The notes under the pieces were generated by a model, which was not told the origin of the DNA, searched no databases, and saw nothing but the letters and a program-made list of their open reading frames with translations. This document shows positions 13,881-29,239 of a stretch of DNA of 64,000 nt, one piece after another. Position 1 is the stretch's first letter; every line of letters starts with the position of its first letter. The position numbers and the translations under genes were made by a program. Origin of the DNA: Octopus vulgaris (lineage: Eukaryota); NCBI GenBank assembly GCA_951406725.2, contig OX597826.1, positions 34,410,001-34,474,000 on the forward strand, written 5' to 3'.

Positions 13881-15233
13881 ATTTATTTAAAAGCCTTTTG
13901 TTTCAAAACTGAAGTTTTCATAAATCATTTCATTCTCCACGAAGGATACGTAAAGACAGCTGAATAAAAATCGACGTCATCATTTTCAATAATGGCTCTG
14001 TACTTGGCAGTAAATAAAACTTTTATCACACTTCTATCGCTGTTTATGGTTACTGAATGATGAATCTTGTAGGTACAAGTAACCTCTTAATGAATGCCCG
14101 AAACTATAAACTAATCGATGTTTAAACGGCAAGGTAGTGATACATCTCTAGAATACATTGCGTTCACATCAGTGAAAATTAGAGAACCGTGCGCTCAAGT
14201 CGGAGAATGGCTTTGTAGGAAACAAGGAGATATATTGTTTCCTGACATAAAGACAAGATAATAAATTTATAGAAACGAATTTAGTTGATAGTGTTGTGCC
14301 AATTATTAACTGGCGCATGGTCTATTGATTATTCCTGTAAATCTGAAAAACAAAGACGGCCTTGATAGTGTTTGGTCTCACAACTTAAATAAATGGAATA
14401 AAACAGCACAATATGTTATTTTGTCCGCTGCTCTAGTATTTATATCGATCCCCGTTTATCAAATATGATATTAAAAGTTGATATTGATTTTACTCTACTA
14501 TAGACAACATGGTTTCAAAGTGTGTATTAGGGTATTCGTAATCCTATTCAATTTATTATCTCACTGGCACATTTTATCGACTCTAGAAAGAGATACTTTC
14601 CTGACTCGAAGGGATTCAGAATTGCCGCCTTAATAACACTCTCAATTCATCTTTCTTCTTATAAAAATTAATTTTTTTTTTTATCAAACTTCACCGTATT
14701 TTAATTATTTTAGATCTTTTGATTTGAGTCCTTTTAACTTTATTTTATTTTTTTATCTAGAATAATGGTAAGCTTGTAATATTCCCTTAGGAATTAGTAA
14801 CAATGGTTTTGGATGAATTGCAGAAAGTCTCTTGGCACTATATCTCGTACTTGTTTATTTAATATATACAACTTTATGCAAAATATAGGTAAAGGCTCAG
14901 CAGCTGTTCTTTGAAACATTTCATAATTCTCTTTAATTTGGCATAAAAGGAAGCTTTCAGTTACGTTTAAAATGCAAAATGAGAATATATCATTCAAAAA
15001 TATCAACAATGTACGTTCTTTTGCAAGATGCATGTACACATACTCTTTTTTATGATGGTGTTCACATTTTATTACATCCGTTTCCTGGGAGTATGTTTGC
15101 TACAAATTTATCATTCATGTGAACATGTTGCCAGTAGCTTTAGAAACCTGATGAGAACTGCGATAAATTTTCTATGCTCTACTTTTAGACACACAATCTT
15201 TGTTGTTTGCCATGCGACAGAGTAGATAAATAT

Positions 15234-15441
15234 TGGTTTCAAATGTTGGCACAAAGCCAGCAATTACGAAGATGGGGGTTTACATTGATCGATATGATCA
15301 ACTGGTGCTTATTTTATTGAGCCCAAAAGGATGAACAGCAAAGTCGACCGCAGTGGAATGTGAGCTGTGAGCCTAAGTACGAACGAAATGCCGCTAAGGA
15401 TTTCACTTAGCGTGCTGGCGATTCTGGTAGCCCCACGCCTA
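15234..15441 (-). mobile_element. SINE family B with 15-bp TSD
   Basis: Core present; flanked by AGAGTAGATAAATAT (15219-15233) and AGAGTTGATAAATAT (15442-15456). Confidence 0.82.
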
Positions 15442-15707
15442 AGAGTTGATAAATATCAAACCCAACATGTTACCATTACTATATACCTTACAAAGGGTAT
15501 TTAGTTTTTTGTTTACTTGTTCATATGTTTACTGCCTCGTTCCGTCTTGAAAACTCAACAGGAAAGTAATGGCTATCGTTTTAGCAGTTTCTCTTATTGT
15601 TACAGTGAACACAACCAGCACAGCTAAGTTTAATGAATTATGACATGCATTTATGTCAATAGACTAATCCAAATTAATTCATCTTTTTTGTACCCATGAC
15701 TCATATT

Positions 15708-16298
15708 CTTTTCTACTCTAGGCACAAAGCTCGAACTTTTTAGGGTGGGAGCCCAGGCGATTAGATCAACCCCAGGACGTAATTGGTACTTAATTTATCG
15801 ACCGCGAAAAGATGAAAGACAAAATCGACCACGGCGGAATTTTACAGACGACATATCGCTAAGGATTTCAGAACGTAAAGAAAGACGAAATACATATTTC
15901 TTTATTACCCACAAGGGGTTAAACATAGAGGGGACAAACAAGGACAGATAAACGGATTAAGTCGGTTATATCGACGCCAGTGCTTAACTGGTACTTATTT
16001 AATCCACCCCGAAAGGATGAAAGGCAAAGTCGACCTCGGTGGAATTTGAACTTAGAACGTAGCGGCAGACGAAATACCTATTTCTTACTACCCACAAGGG
16101 GCTAAACACAGAGAAGACAAACAAGGACAGACAAACGGATTAAGTAGATTGCATCGACCCCAGTGCGTAACTGGTACTTAATTTATTGACTCCGAAAGGA
16201 TGAAAGGCAAAGTCGACCTCGGTGGAATTTGAATTCAGAACGTAACGGCAGACGAATTTCGCCCGGTGTGCTAACGTTTCTGCCAGCTCACCGCCTTG
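15708..16298 (-). mobile_element. SINE family B, multimer with three tandem body units
   Basis: One head (GGCGGTGAGCTGGCAGAAACGTTAGCAC) and three ~185-bp units, each with a GCCTTTCATCCTTTCG-like Nin/Deu-type core (third unit more diverged); decayed TSD CCCATGACTCATATT / CCCATTACCCACATT. Confidence 0.85.
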
Positions 16299-17865
16299 CC
16301 CATTACCCACATTGTAAGTCTCATATCATTTGGTTGTTAAGTTCATTTATATTAAAAGGGAGATAATCAGCTTCCTACGAATCTACGTTTCGTTAATGAC
16401 GTACAAGGAATATAATATATATTTATTTATCTAAATGCATATAAATATATATGCATTTTGTTTCATTTTCTACTGTTTGAGAGATTGTCGCCTCTATATA
16501 CGTATATACAATCTATTTTAGTGTAATTGAATCTCATTAATATAGAGTGTAAATGAACATCAGTACATTTTAACTAATGTAAATTGCTCTACAATACATA
16601 AATTCATTTACTGTAGAAGAGAAGAAATAATAAAAGTGTGTAATGCATGTTGGTCAGGAATTTATTATTTCGATCACATAGAACTTATACATGTAAGACA
16701 GTGTTACCTTATTTAGATACGATGTTCTATGGACTGTATTTTCAACGGAGTCTCCGGCTCTGAATTTGTTGGTCTACTAGCTATGTCTATAATCGCTTTA
16801 AATCTCAATAGATTTTTTTCTTTTTTTTTTTTGTAATGAAGACTAGAATATCTCGTAACATAAATGGATGCCTATTTACTCTTAAATTAATTACTTTAAG
16901 AGTGACAAATGTCAGCTGACATACACAAAGTTATTGCGTAATAATGAATTATCGAAAAACAACTTCAGTTTAATTAAACTAGAATTTGAACCAACATTAA
17001 CTGATTGACTGATAAACCATTAATCGGTTTTAAAAGTCTGAAATCTTTACTCTGATATCAGACATTCGTTTCAAACCAAGATGCTGTCCGGGCACTAAAG
17101 TAACGATTTATTTTCTGCTTCTTATTTGAATTATTTACACCAGAAAGGAAGTTAACAGACCTGCAGGATAAAAAGTGAAAAGAACAGATGAGAAAATAAG
17201 AGATGAACACACAAAAAGAGAAATCAGAATAAAATAACTAGGTGACTTAAGAAAAGTTGGAGACATTGTAAAATTCTTTCATTGCTTCTGGGGCAAATGC
17301 TTGGTTAGGTGATATTTCTGTACAAAAAAAATTTAAATTTAACTACTGAAACTGGCGGAACGAATACATTTTGTTTCCAGATAAATTGCTCAATAGCTCT
17401 AAAACACAGATATATTCACTGTCTTTAGGTGCGTGACATCATCTGATAAGTATCGAGGGCATTAATGTTGGATGTATAGGTTTCCTGTCACAATTAGCGC
17501 TGTAACAGTCAATAGCTTTCTACATCATTAGAAACAGAACAATAAAACGCCTGTTTCTGCCTCATGCAAATTCCGTCTGGAGTCGATTGCTAAGTGCAGG
17601 CAGAACAATATTGAACTAGTAATAGAAATCACTGTTAAATAATGTGTTCCGTTTTCTTTAAACTTTTTCATAAATTTGACATAAACATTGTCGTACGCTA
17701 AGAGATTTTTAAATAAATAATGTGTAAAATAATACCAAAAAGCTAAAGTATGTTCCAGCACGTCCAAGAAACAAACTTGACGAAAATTGAATTTTCAGAG
17801 AATGAAATTACATAAGCAAAAGTTTGGTCCTCTGTTTCCATATAAATATGATACATACACGCTTG

Positions 17866-17884
17866 TACGGTACGTACACACATA

Positions 17885-17933
<49 letters not shown>

Positions 17934-18117
17934 TACATATATATATACATATATATGTATGTGTATATATATATATAATACATACACAATTGTATAAGTA
18001 TATATATACGTATATGTATACGTATATATACATGAACACACACATATCTATATAAACATACATATATACATATATATACATATATATATATATACATATA
18101 TATGCAAATACATATAT

Positions 18118-18154
<37 letters not shown>
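17866..18154. repeat. Degenerate (TA)/(TACA) microsatellite
   Basis: Directly visible; explains the overlapping YI-rich ORFs. Confidence 0.93.
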
Positions 18155-18159
<5 letters not shown>

Positions 18160-18454
18160 ATAGCAGCCAAAAATTTCTTCAACTGCAAATAAATGATCTT
18201 TCATTGTTTTTCCCTTATTCCTATGTGAGTTATTTTTCTGAGTATGCATTGTCTGGAGACTTTTATTTGCAGTTGAAGAAATAGCCAAATTTTTGGCCGC
18301 TATTTCTGAAAAGTTCGGTGTGTGGTAAAGTGAATTCTTTTACTTTACCATATTTTTATAAATTAATACTTCAAATATACCGTAAATGGTCTTTACATAC
18401 CGAATACTGCTTGGTCGAATTTATTAATAATTAATTAATTCGACCCCTTTTTCA

Positions 18455-18460
<6 letters not shown>
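18155..18460. mobile_element. (TA)n-flanked insertion with 5' inverted duplication
   Basis: 18155-18193 is the reverse complement of 18262-18308 apart from an 8-nt insertion and one substitution; same layout as 1847-2342. Confidence 0.55.
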
Positions 18461-18492
<32 letters not shown>

Positions 18493-20133
18493 TTATATAT
18501 ACGTATATAAGACATACACACACACATATCTTCCATCTTTAGCTGCTTCAGCGATTGAGTTGCGAGGCTTAATTGTTTTAATCCAACCAATCGACCCCAA
18601 ATATTTTATTCTCTCAATCACTAAACGCGTATCGCTAGGTTATGCACGCATGAACAGATTGTGAAGCAATGGCAGGTGACAAACACACAGATCAGATTTG
18701 AGGGAGATTTCGATGATTTTTCCTAATGATTCGATGGAGATTGAAGGGCCATGGCTGCTAGTTCGATAATCAAAGGAAGGGATAAAGTAATGACTAATTA
18801 AAGAGATCGAACCTTGAAATCACGTGAATACAAATGTAAAGCAATTTCCTTAACTATGCTGTTACGCCTGCGCAAATTATTTGTATTCATTTGTATTCAT
18901 TTGTTACTGTTGCTTTTTTAATGACCCCTAAATGATTTTCAATGTCAAAATAAAAAATAAAGAAAAACATTGTGTTAGAACTGCTTTTTCTAACATTATA
19001 AAAATAATGCCATCGTTCTTTCCCACGGCATGGTTATAGTCTATCTTTAAAATATAGGCACTCTTTCACTTTTCAGATAATCTTTTTGTTATGAAACTCA
19101 TATTTATTTCATCTCAAATAACAATGTATTTCAGGAATTTATTCTTGGGTCATGGGAACGTTGAAAACCTATTTTCATTTTAAATGTAATGTTTGGAAAA
19201 GCATGCATATTTTGAAATCTTTTTTCCTTTCTTCCTTCTTTGCAATTGTCATTTTCTTCATACATTCAGTTCTAATTTTAGTTTTTAATGTCACCAATGT
19301 TATTGGAATAGTTAGAGCTATGTAAGAATATATATCCTTTCAGAGATTTTTATTGACCTAATGCTCAAATAGAAATAAAATATCCGTCATTTCAAAGGCC
19401 TTACATAGTCTCTTAAGCTAAAAAATATCTTAAATCCATGATAAAGTATTGTATATTTTTATAAGCTGTTCAGCTTGGGATAAAAAATCAAAATAGAAAA
19501 GTACGGTTTACACTATGAAAGGCAAACGCTGGGGATTGCTGCAAAACTTTGATCGTTTAGATGTAATTCTCAGTATTATCCCACAAGTAGATATGTATTA
19601 GATACATCTTAATTTTGCATTTATACGCCAATTTGATAAACGATAGATGTAAATTTGAACTCTAGGCTTCTAACTAAAACCTGGGTTTGGAACGTTTAGC
19701 GTAAAGAAAAGGATAAAGCTAAGACACAAAATTGTTTGTACTTTAATTCTCTTGATTCTTTTCTGATCTTATATAGTTACCTTCCAATTTTTGGTTGTTT
19801 GATTTAGAGCTACTTATCTTCGCATTATTCAAGTCCTAATATAGAAGAGTAAATTTTTCTTATCAAACATTCAAGTCAAACGGATTACTTACACGTTGCC
19901 TCGTTTCACCACATTTTTATTTTGCACTTGTAAGAAAATGAATCGCTTCAGTAAGTATTTTCTTTTCATTTATAATCTGAATATACGATTAAAGGCCTTA
20001 TTATGTTGAAAAACTTTATAACACACACTCACACACACACATGCACACGTATTTGTATATGTGTATATATGCATATATATATATGTGTATGTGTATATAT
20101 ATATACATACACATAAAACTATATATACATGTT

Positions 20134-20174
<41 letters not shown>

Positions 20175-21509
20175 CTGTGTGTAAAGAGAAATAAACAAAA
20201 TATTGCGATTTAAGCAAACGAAATTATCTTTTTAAAGATATTGATGTTAATGATCTTCCTTCCACTGACACACTTTAACTGATTCAATTCACAGTAACTT
20301 GATTCATTTTGTTTGAAATATAAGGGAAAACAAAATGGCACTTTATCTCTGCAAGAGATATTCTTATTAACGCTCTTATCACATTGAAGTGAGATTAACT
20401 TTGACTGCCTTGTAAGCTGATAAGGAAACCTTATTCTGTTTAGCGTACAAAGCTAAATTCGTATCTGAGAGTAAGCTTATAATTTTAGCAAAGTTGTTTT
20501 AGTCTTAAGATATTAAATTCCACGAAACAATTTTCGAAGTATATCAAGTTTGAATGAAAATAATTTCTGTGATAAGGTGTGTCAATGTAACGTTACAAAT
20601 ATTTTGGGCCGTCGTTTATCTGTGGGGTGTGAAGAAAACAATCCGATTTAGAAAATGGAAACAGTATAATGGTATTGATTCAATTGATGTATGTTAATTG
20701 TGCGAAATTTCAAATATTTAATGGCAAGATAATCTATACCCTGAGTTCGCTTCCCATTTAAAGACATTTATATTTCTCATAGAAAATGCTGTTTCGAAAG
20801 GTGAAAATATTTCACTGCACTTCCTGTAATTCGAACTATTCTATTTATGCTTATTGTAATGAAAATTATTAGAATAACATTCAGGAAATACCACACTGTT
20901 AAAGTTAATCAGACATCCTTCAGTTTGGATTCTAGTGACTAGAAATTGTCGCCGCCAATGAAACCCGTCCGGGATTCCATGACTTGTGCGATGATGTGAG
21001 TAACTTACTCATACAATCAATGAAAGTCTGACCCAAAGGTATGCAACAGTATCGATTCATTTATAGTCAACCGTATACCAAGTGGTATGAAGGAATAATG
21101 GAACTTTCACCGGGTTACCTCTAAGATTCTATCTGCTACAACTCTTTAGAACAGGGGTTATAACAGAAATCACTTCTTTGTGTTTCGTAAATTAACCGCA
21201 TCCACATATACATAGAAGCAAGAGACCTGTGTAACCAAAAAGTTATGTTTAAATCCCCATTTAATGCTGACAAATGTTTTGCTCATTCTGCGGCACAGCG
21301 TACAACTAACAGAGCATGCAGTTATTTATATAAGATGTTACTCTTAAAGAATTTAGAGCCTCTAACGTTAGAGTTAGTAGGCTGAATATTATGGAAAAGC
21401 ATTATATTCTTTTTTATTTGTTTTCTTCTTTTTATTTTGCTTCTCTTCTGTCAGTATGAGTTATTTCAATGTTTATTATATATTTTAACAATAAGAGCAA
21501 CTTGAATTT

Positions 21510-21813
21510 CGCTGGTGACGACAATGAGTGTTCCAGGTGATACAAACAAGGGAACTCAGGTGCAAGTGGCTGAGCACTCCACAGACACTTGCGTACCCTT
21601 CACGTAGTTCTCAAGGTGATTCGGCGTGACACAAAATGTTCCAAGGCCGGACATTCGAATTACTAGTATAACTCATATTTGCAAACTCACTGGACTGGAA
21701 CAAAAGGGAAATAAAATGTCTTGCACAAGGACACAACCTGCCACCGGTAATCGAACTCACAACCTTACGATATTGAACCGAATACCGAAACCCCTAAGCC
21801 ACGAGCTTTCACT
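21510..21813 (-). mobile_element. Degenerate SINE sharing the family A 3' region but with a different head/core
   Basis: GGCTGAGCACTCCACAGACAC..ACCCTT..GTAGTTCTC..CGTGACAC matches 970-1035 inverted; upstream part has a GTGTCCTTGTGCAAGAC core and a tRNA-like head. Confidence 0.7.
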
Positions 21814-21943
21814 AAAGTCAGACAGAAATGTCTCGGCATAGATATTGTTATAACATTAGGTGCTTGATTATTGCATCTTGGCACAAACAAGTTGACGTAA
21901 CAATGATTCTTCCTGTTACACTGAGGAAGGACATAAGTACAGG

Positions 21944-22473
<530 letters not shown>

Positions 22474-23599
22474 GTATATATATATATACACACACATGTA
22501 TTTAAAAATACCTTAGTACATTGAAATTGAAGCAAAATACACATGTAGCAGTAGACACGTGCCCATATAAATAAGTATAGCCGTTGACACTGACATTTTA
22601 GAATGTACCAATTCTGTCAAACGTAGACGTATATTCAAATATATTTCGGTTACAATATAAACGATAGTAAGATGGCTGGAAAACCTCGTTGTTTGACATT
22701 TTCGTTTTGACTTAGTTCATCTGTTTCATTCGATCGTTTGAGGTGAATTACCAATAAAAACAGAGATTGTATATCACGTTGAATATTTAAATTAGCAAAA
22801 TCACAAAAATATATCAAAAGTCAATTTGAAATTTAAAAAATGTGACTTCATATTTGAGGGAAGAGAGAAATAAGCTAATATAAAAAGACACGTTCCAGTC
22901 CTATTCCTTCACATCAGCATGCACCAGTGTAATTACTTAATTGTTAATTGTCGTTTAAGTAACTCAGAAAGCCTATAAGCGATAAATATTTATGGAATCA
23001 GCAGACAAAAAAAAATTTAATAATTTAGTGACTGACAGCTATACTTATCTATTTCTAATTATTAGAGACGGGTAATGCAGCTCAAAACTTAGTCATTACT
23101 TATGATGGCTGTGAGCTACATGCAACGTAATTCAACTCCATTGGTCATGTTTGCTGAAGCTGCACTGATAGAAATGACAAAAGTGCTAACTATTTGGCGA
23201 AAGTGATTTGCTATTCCGAATTAGTAAAAATAAAAGAAAAGAGAAAAGAGAAAATAATTCCGAGCATTAAAGAAATAGCGAAAATGCGATGAGTAAATAT
23301 ATATTATGAAATATTAAGTTGAATAAAATCGACAAAAAATGAACTTTAATTAATGAAAAAAATTAACCAAATGAAAAATAGGAAATGTTTATATGTAGTC
23401 TCAGATAAAATATTTGTATTTAAACGAATTTTTTCAAATATTTGTTTTGGATTTTTATGAAATTTGTTTTCATAATTTACATTTCAGTGTCTCCTTTTTT
23501 TGTAATGGAACACCTGCATACTTTATTTCGCGAGATCAGTGGATGAATTATCAGTTGAGCACTAAGAATCATGCATTCGATACCCTTCAACCAGAAATG

Positions 23600-23925
23600 A
23601 AGTTACTCCTCTACCGGCCTTGTGCCAAATTTGAAATCAACATTGGTGTCACTTTTAAGGCGGCGGACTGCTTAGAACATAAAGACAGCATTTCGCCCGT
23701 CTACATCCTGTGTGAAAATATTGCCCAGGTCGACTTTGCCTTTCATATTTTCTGGGTGAATAAAATAATTACTTGATGATCCCTGGGTTCGATGTAATTG
23801 ATTAGCACCTCGAAATTGCCGGCTTTGTGCTAAAATTTGAAAGCAGTATTGGTGACACTTCTAAGCTGGTGAGCTGGCGGAATCGTTAACACGCTGGTTT
23901 TGTGCCAAAATTTGAAACAAATATC
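23600..23925 (+). mobile_element. Tandem SINE family B units (tail, full copy 23657-23850, internally deleted copy)
   Basis: GTCGACTTTGCCTTTCAT core; tail TTGTGCYAAA(A)TTTGAAA occurs three times; heads at 23657 and ~23865. Confidence 0.72.
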
Positions 23926-25495
23926 TGTCACTTCCCACTGATCTTTCTGTGTTATGAGAGTAGGAGATGCCACACAGTTGAAATAGGTATTCAAAAATTA
24001 CAAAATATTGTTTCATATAACTCTCTTCATGGCTTCACAGTTGAACCCGATCACAAGCGTAGCGACGTGTGTTGCAGTAGAGAACATTTTTTTCTCTACT
24101 CCTCTACTTCTTAACTGTTCTTGAGGGAGACGTACCAGAGGTAGTAAGAACTATATCCAGATGAATTGTAAGTATAGATTCCATCAATTGTATGACACGA
24201 TTATTGAAGTTATGTATAGGTTTTAATTGGGATTAGGCGGTCATTAAATTTTGGAAGTGATAGAAGTGGTTGATAAAGAGCAAAGCAACGAAAAATGATT
24301 CTGAACTAAAGAACAGGCAATTAAAGAACAAAAAATGTTCTGCTACATCATAGAATACTGGTTAAATTGAATTTCACTAAATTTCTGGCGGAAAAAAAAA
24401 ATTCTGAACAAAAATATCACGAACATTGATGCACTCTGGCCTAGAAACATCAAATTGCTTCCTTGATTTAAGCAAAATTTGATTTCCCGTAAAAAAGCAT
24501 ATTTACAAAATCTGGTGTGGTGAAATTTTTAGAGTGAATATAGCTGGAAGACATTCGTACAACGTATTGTTGAGATCCTTCGGTGACAGTATTATCTCCC
24601 TTCCCCATTAGTCACAACAATAAGGTCTTGGGATGTCCTTATAAGATTCTGTTTGAAGATAAGTATCTGAAACTTATGATGAGAACCTAGTTAACTTCTT
24701 TCCTTGAATAGCCAGGTTTTGCTGATGCTAATATTTTGTAAAAGATTTTAAATATTCTAATATCCCCAGTTATGCAAATTCTAAAAATATATTTAGTATA
24801 TTTTTTATACCGGTCTACTGTTCGAAATTTGTAAATATGTTTCTGTTAAAAGATTCAGTCTGGATGTGAAGCATTTTTCACTCAAAGCAGTATAATCAAA
24901 AGAAAATTAGGCATTCGCTGTCAGCGCGTGGGCAGAAGTGATGGAATTTGTAGGGAACAACAGAAATTACTAAAGGTAAATTTGGGGGTTTAATGTTAAC
25001 ACATATATACACACGGAAGTCTTAAATAATGAGTGATCCTCCTGATTTTTTTTATAAATGAAAATCACAAAACATTATAGTCTAATCGCTCGTTTAATCT
25101 CATATTTTTTTAAGACTTATTAGAATAACATTTCGAGTTGAATTCCTAGTAAACGTCCCATGTATCAAAGCCCTATATGCATACCTATAAATACTAAGAA
25201 AATAGAAATTATTATGGACTTAGCCAACGTATCAATATCGTATTGATATAACCTGAAAGTGGTACTTTCGGATCATAGACCTGGTAAAGTGTTCAGTAAA
25301 ATTTACGGTGGTAATTAGGTACTTCTGCTTAAATTGTAATTTCAGATCTCACCTAGACTGATTTTGAATTTTACTTCTCAGGAATCTATACAACTACTAT
25401 TGGTCATATTCTTTGGTAGGGTTAATCGATTACCGTTGCATCAATGGGAAATGCTATATTACGTCGGCTTTGTTTATTATATTATGATATAATGG

Positions 25496-25566
<71 letters not shown>

Positions 25567-25571
<5 letters not shown>

Positions 25572-25660
25572 TTATTTATATTTCCTGAGCGCCATACTAA
25601 TACAATTGTTCGTTTGTTTTCCACCTGCCTTCGTCTTTTGTCTATTTTCATAAAGCTTCC

Positions 25661-25663
<3 letters not shown>
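25567..25663 (+). mobile_element. 3' fragment of the 8570-type short element inside (TA)n
   Basis: CACCTGCCTTCGTCTTTTG is nearly the reverse complement of 8593-8611; (TA)n on both sides. Confidence 0.65.
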
Positions 25664-25702
<39 letters not shown>

Positions 25703-25715
25703 TTGTATATATATA

Positions 25716-25932
25716 CAGTCAAAAATTGTGAAGCATGACTGTCACCACTACTACATGAACCCGAAGATTGCAGAATTCAATGCATGAAAGTACTAGTTCA
25801 ATCAGAATGAACATTTAACATTCTACTATTTCATTTTATTTTATTCAATTATAATATATTATCTTATAATATATCATTATAAGATTGTAAATAAAACGTG
25901 AAAATCAGACAAGGTTGGAATTCCTTTTATTA
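25716..25932 (+). mobile_element. (TA)n-flanked PLE-like pLTR remnant
   Basis: Unique ~215-bp insert between (TA)n tracts, carrying a hammerhead motif. Confidence 0.6.
25756..25800 (+). ncRNA. Minimal type I hammerhead motif, CCGAAGA core
   Basis: TGAAC-CCGAAGA-T-TGCA(GAATTCAA)TGCA-T-GAAA-GTAC-TA-GTTCA: perfect 5-bp helix I, 4-bp helix II, palindromic helix III AGTACT. Confidence 0.7.
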
Positions 25933-26192
<260 letters not shown>

Positions 26193-29100
26193 ATTGGTGT
26201 TATAGACGAAGAGCTAATTCTGAACATCTCCCCACTACCGGTATTTACTGCAAGTGATAAACAGTGAAACAGCTTCTGAAAGAGTTAGCGTTCATTTCAT
26301 GTTAAAATATCAAAATCAGAGGTTGGAAATATTATAATAAATTGAATCAATAATCTTACTAAAGCCAAAACTATGGAGCCATTTAAACAACATAAACATC
26401 GTCTCTGTCTCCAAATGGTTGACCATTCGCCACTATTGAATATAAATTGCACGGGTTGTCATAATAAAGATTATAAAAAAAAATAAAACAATTGATTTAA
26501 TGTTATGCAGATTTTTCACACGAGAAATAAATAAAATGAAATCAGTGAATAGCCTCACTAAGAGCCAATATATTGATATTGTGCTGGTAAAACAAAGAAA
26601 AACAAATAAAAAATAAACAACATCGTTTTTTTTTACAGACCTGCATTTTTAGAGAATGTATATTTAAAAACTGTGTTTTGGGGTTCAAAAGTTGTAATCC
26701 ATAAATTCTTATGAAGTGTTACTATTTGAATAGGAGAATTAAAAGAAATATATCGTAAAATACAATTGTAGGAATACAAATTTAATAATGCCATGATTAA
26801 GCAAAGGAATCAATACTTTGTCTTTGCAATGTGTTAGAAATAGTAGTTAAATTTCCCTTAAATTATACCGTCCAATCTTATATGGAAAAGAATGCTACAT
26901 GATGTGGGGTATATATGCACGTTCGTCTGCTGGAAAATCAAAAAAGAATTAACCTGAAAAGTTTTGATCGTAGTTATGGTGGTGTTTACTGCTATTAAAT
27001 GTGATGATATAGATCAAATGGTTCCTTCTCTAATAATACTGCGATATCTCCTGCATCATATCAGAAATTATTTAACTTTTGCCACACATTCTCTATCTCT
27101 CTCTCTCTCTCTCACTCACTCACACACACACACATGTACACACGCATACACACACACACACACACACGTACAAATACACTCTCACATCCATATATTATAA
27201 AAGATGGCTTATAGAGTGTAACCACAATTGATGTCTGTATAAAAACGAGCGTTTGGTAAGCATTCTTCGCATGAACAGCATCTTGCTTCAGTGACAATAT
27301 ATTACGGAGAAAGTGAGAGTTAGTTACCGAGATAGGTATTACGGGAAAGTTTGCTTTCGTTTGCTTCAGGTCAAAAAATCGCTCTTGGTATTCTCATCTG
27401 ACCTATTAGGAAAGGTGCTGTGAAATCTAATGAAAAAATCTAGTTTTAATGAACTGATTACGTATAAAACCGTTTTCACTTATGTATGTGGATCAATAAA
27501 CCGTAGGACGAACAATAATATCAACTGCCAAAAGATCCAAAATTTGACGTAGCTAGATATAATTTTACATGTCAACTGGCAGCGCAATGCATGCTTATTA
27601 AAGTAGATTCCTATATGTGTCAACACGTGAGAATATATTGCCCAGTAATCCAAATATAAGCTATAAGCGAAGAAAGAAAATTCAGCAAAAATGTTTCTAT
27701 GGTATCATCGATTTATGCTCTGCTCGGTTCTTTGTACATTTGTAGTCAAACCTAAACCAGTGAATATCGAACAACATATACATACACAACCTATGCGTTA
27801 TATAAAACCGATTAATTTAAGTGTTTTACCTTACCTGTGAATCAAACTTTCTTTTGTCTCATTTATGGCGAATTGTCATGTCAGCCTTTTTCTGCCTTCA
27901 TATTATCCGGCCCTAATTAGAAACTGAAAACACCATGATACCTATATTAGAGATACGTAAGTGGTTCCAAAAATACTTGCCTCCATGTCTTCCGCAATAG
28001 GATATAGCACGACGTATTTAAAAATTATATAAAAACAATGGTGCAGTATCACGACATATTTAATTTCTTTGAAAAGATTGTTTTGTTTAATAGTTAAGCA
28101 TTTCTGCTACAGGTGGCTGACAGCTTTCTCTTTTAACAAATACTTATAAAACATTACGTTAAAAGGTATAAAATTATCTGAAAAACCCAGTTAATCTGAG
28201 ATTACATTTCAGCATGGTTGCTCCAATATTACGTAACAATGTATATAGAAAAACAAAGAAACAGTCATCCCATTTCCTCCGCTGATTTCTTGTAGCTTTA
28301 TGTTATACCACTTAACCTCTATCAAAGGAACAAAATATTACAAATCAGATTCAGATATATAATTGCTAAATAACATTGTTAGTGCCTTAGTGAAAGGTAA
28401 GATGGGTTTATAATATTGAAGCTTAATTCACGAATGGAAAAAATTTGCAAAATAAAACATTCTACAAGTGTGTCATTATTGTTTATGCATATCTGTTCAA
28501 ACAATTTGTTTGAAAACAAGACCAAAGCTTCCGGTAAAGCAAAAGTCCACTTTATTTAGAAAAGCATGAGTAGAGATAAAGGGTTAAGAAGTTTAGTCTT
28601 ATTCAAGTGGTTTCATTTCAATTTGATTAAACCTCATATGAAGCATGTGTCTTCATCGATTAACTCTGGGTTGACCAATAGATTTCAAGAGAAATGTAAT
28701 CGATATAGTTAGGTTCTATTCATACATACGTATATACACATACATAAATACATGCATATATAATATACATATAACCACAAAGAACGTGTCAATATGACAT
28801 TGAACTTTTTACCCTCAGGGAAGTTTCTTCTGCTATCAGTTCTCAACTCTTTGTTTCATATTTTGAAAATCGTTCACAGAAAGGGTCTGTCCAAATCTTT
28901 TGAATCTCAGTAACACATTTTGAGAGATAGTTCGTAGATAGAAATGTATTAGTCTTAAAAAACATTAGTTCCTTACTTTGTTAAAGCCTTACTCATGTCC
29001 TTGGCAATTGTCTGTTATATCAAAATCCTGAGCGTTTATTTATCAGAAACATATGCAAAAAATGCTTCTTAAACTGCAAGATTAACCTTGTTCTGAATAT

Positions 29101-29196
29101 TTTCTTTTTTTTTATCAAAACGAAAGTCCCGACGAAACTATCGACGGTAAAATATTGTCACACAATATTCTATATTTATTTATTTAATTTTCCTGT

Positions 29197-29239
<43 letters not shown>

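Noticed and set aside
17743-18288. Longest ORF (181 aa, minus)
   Set aside because: Translation of a degenerate (TA)n tract.
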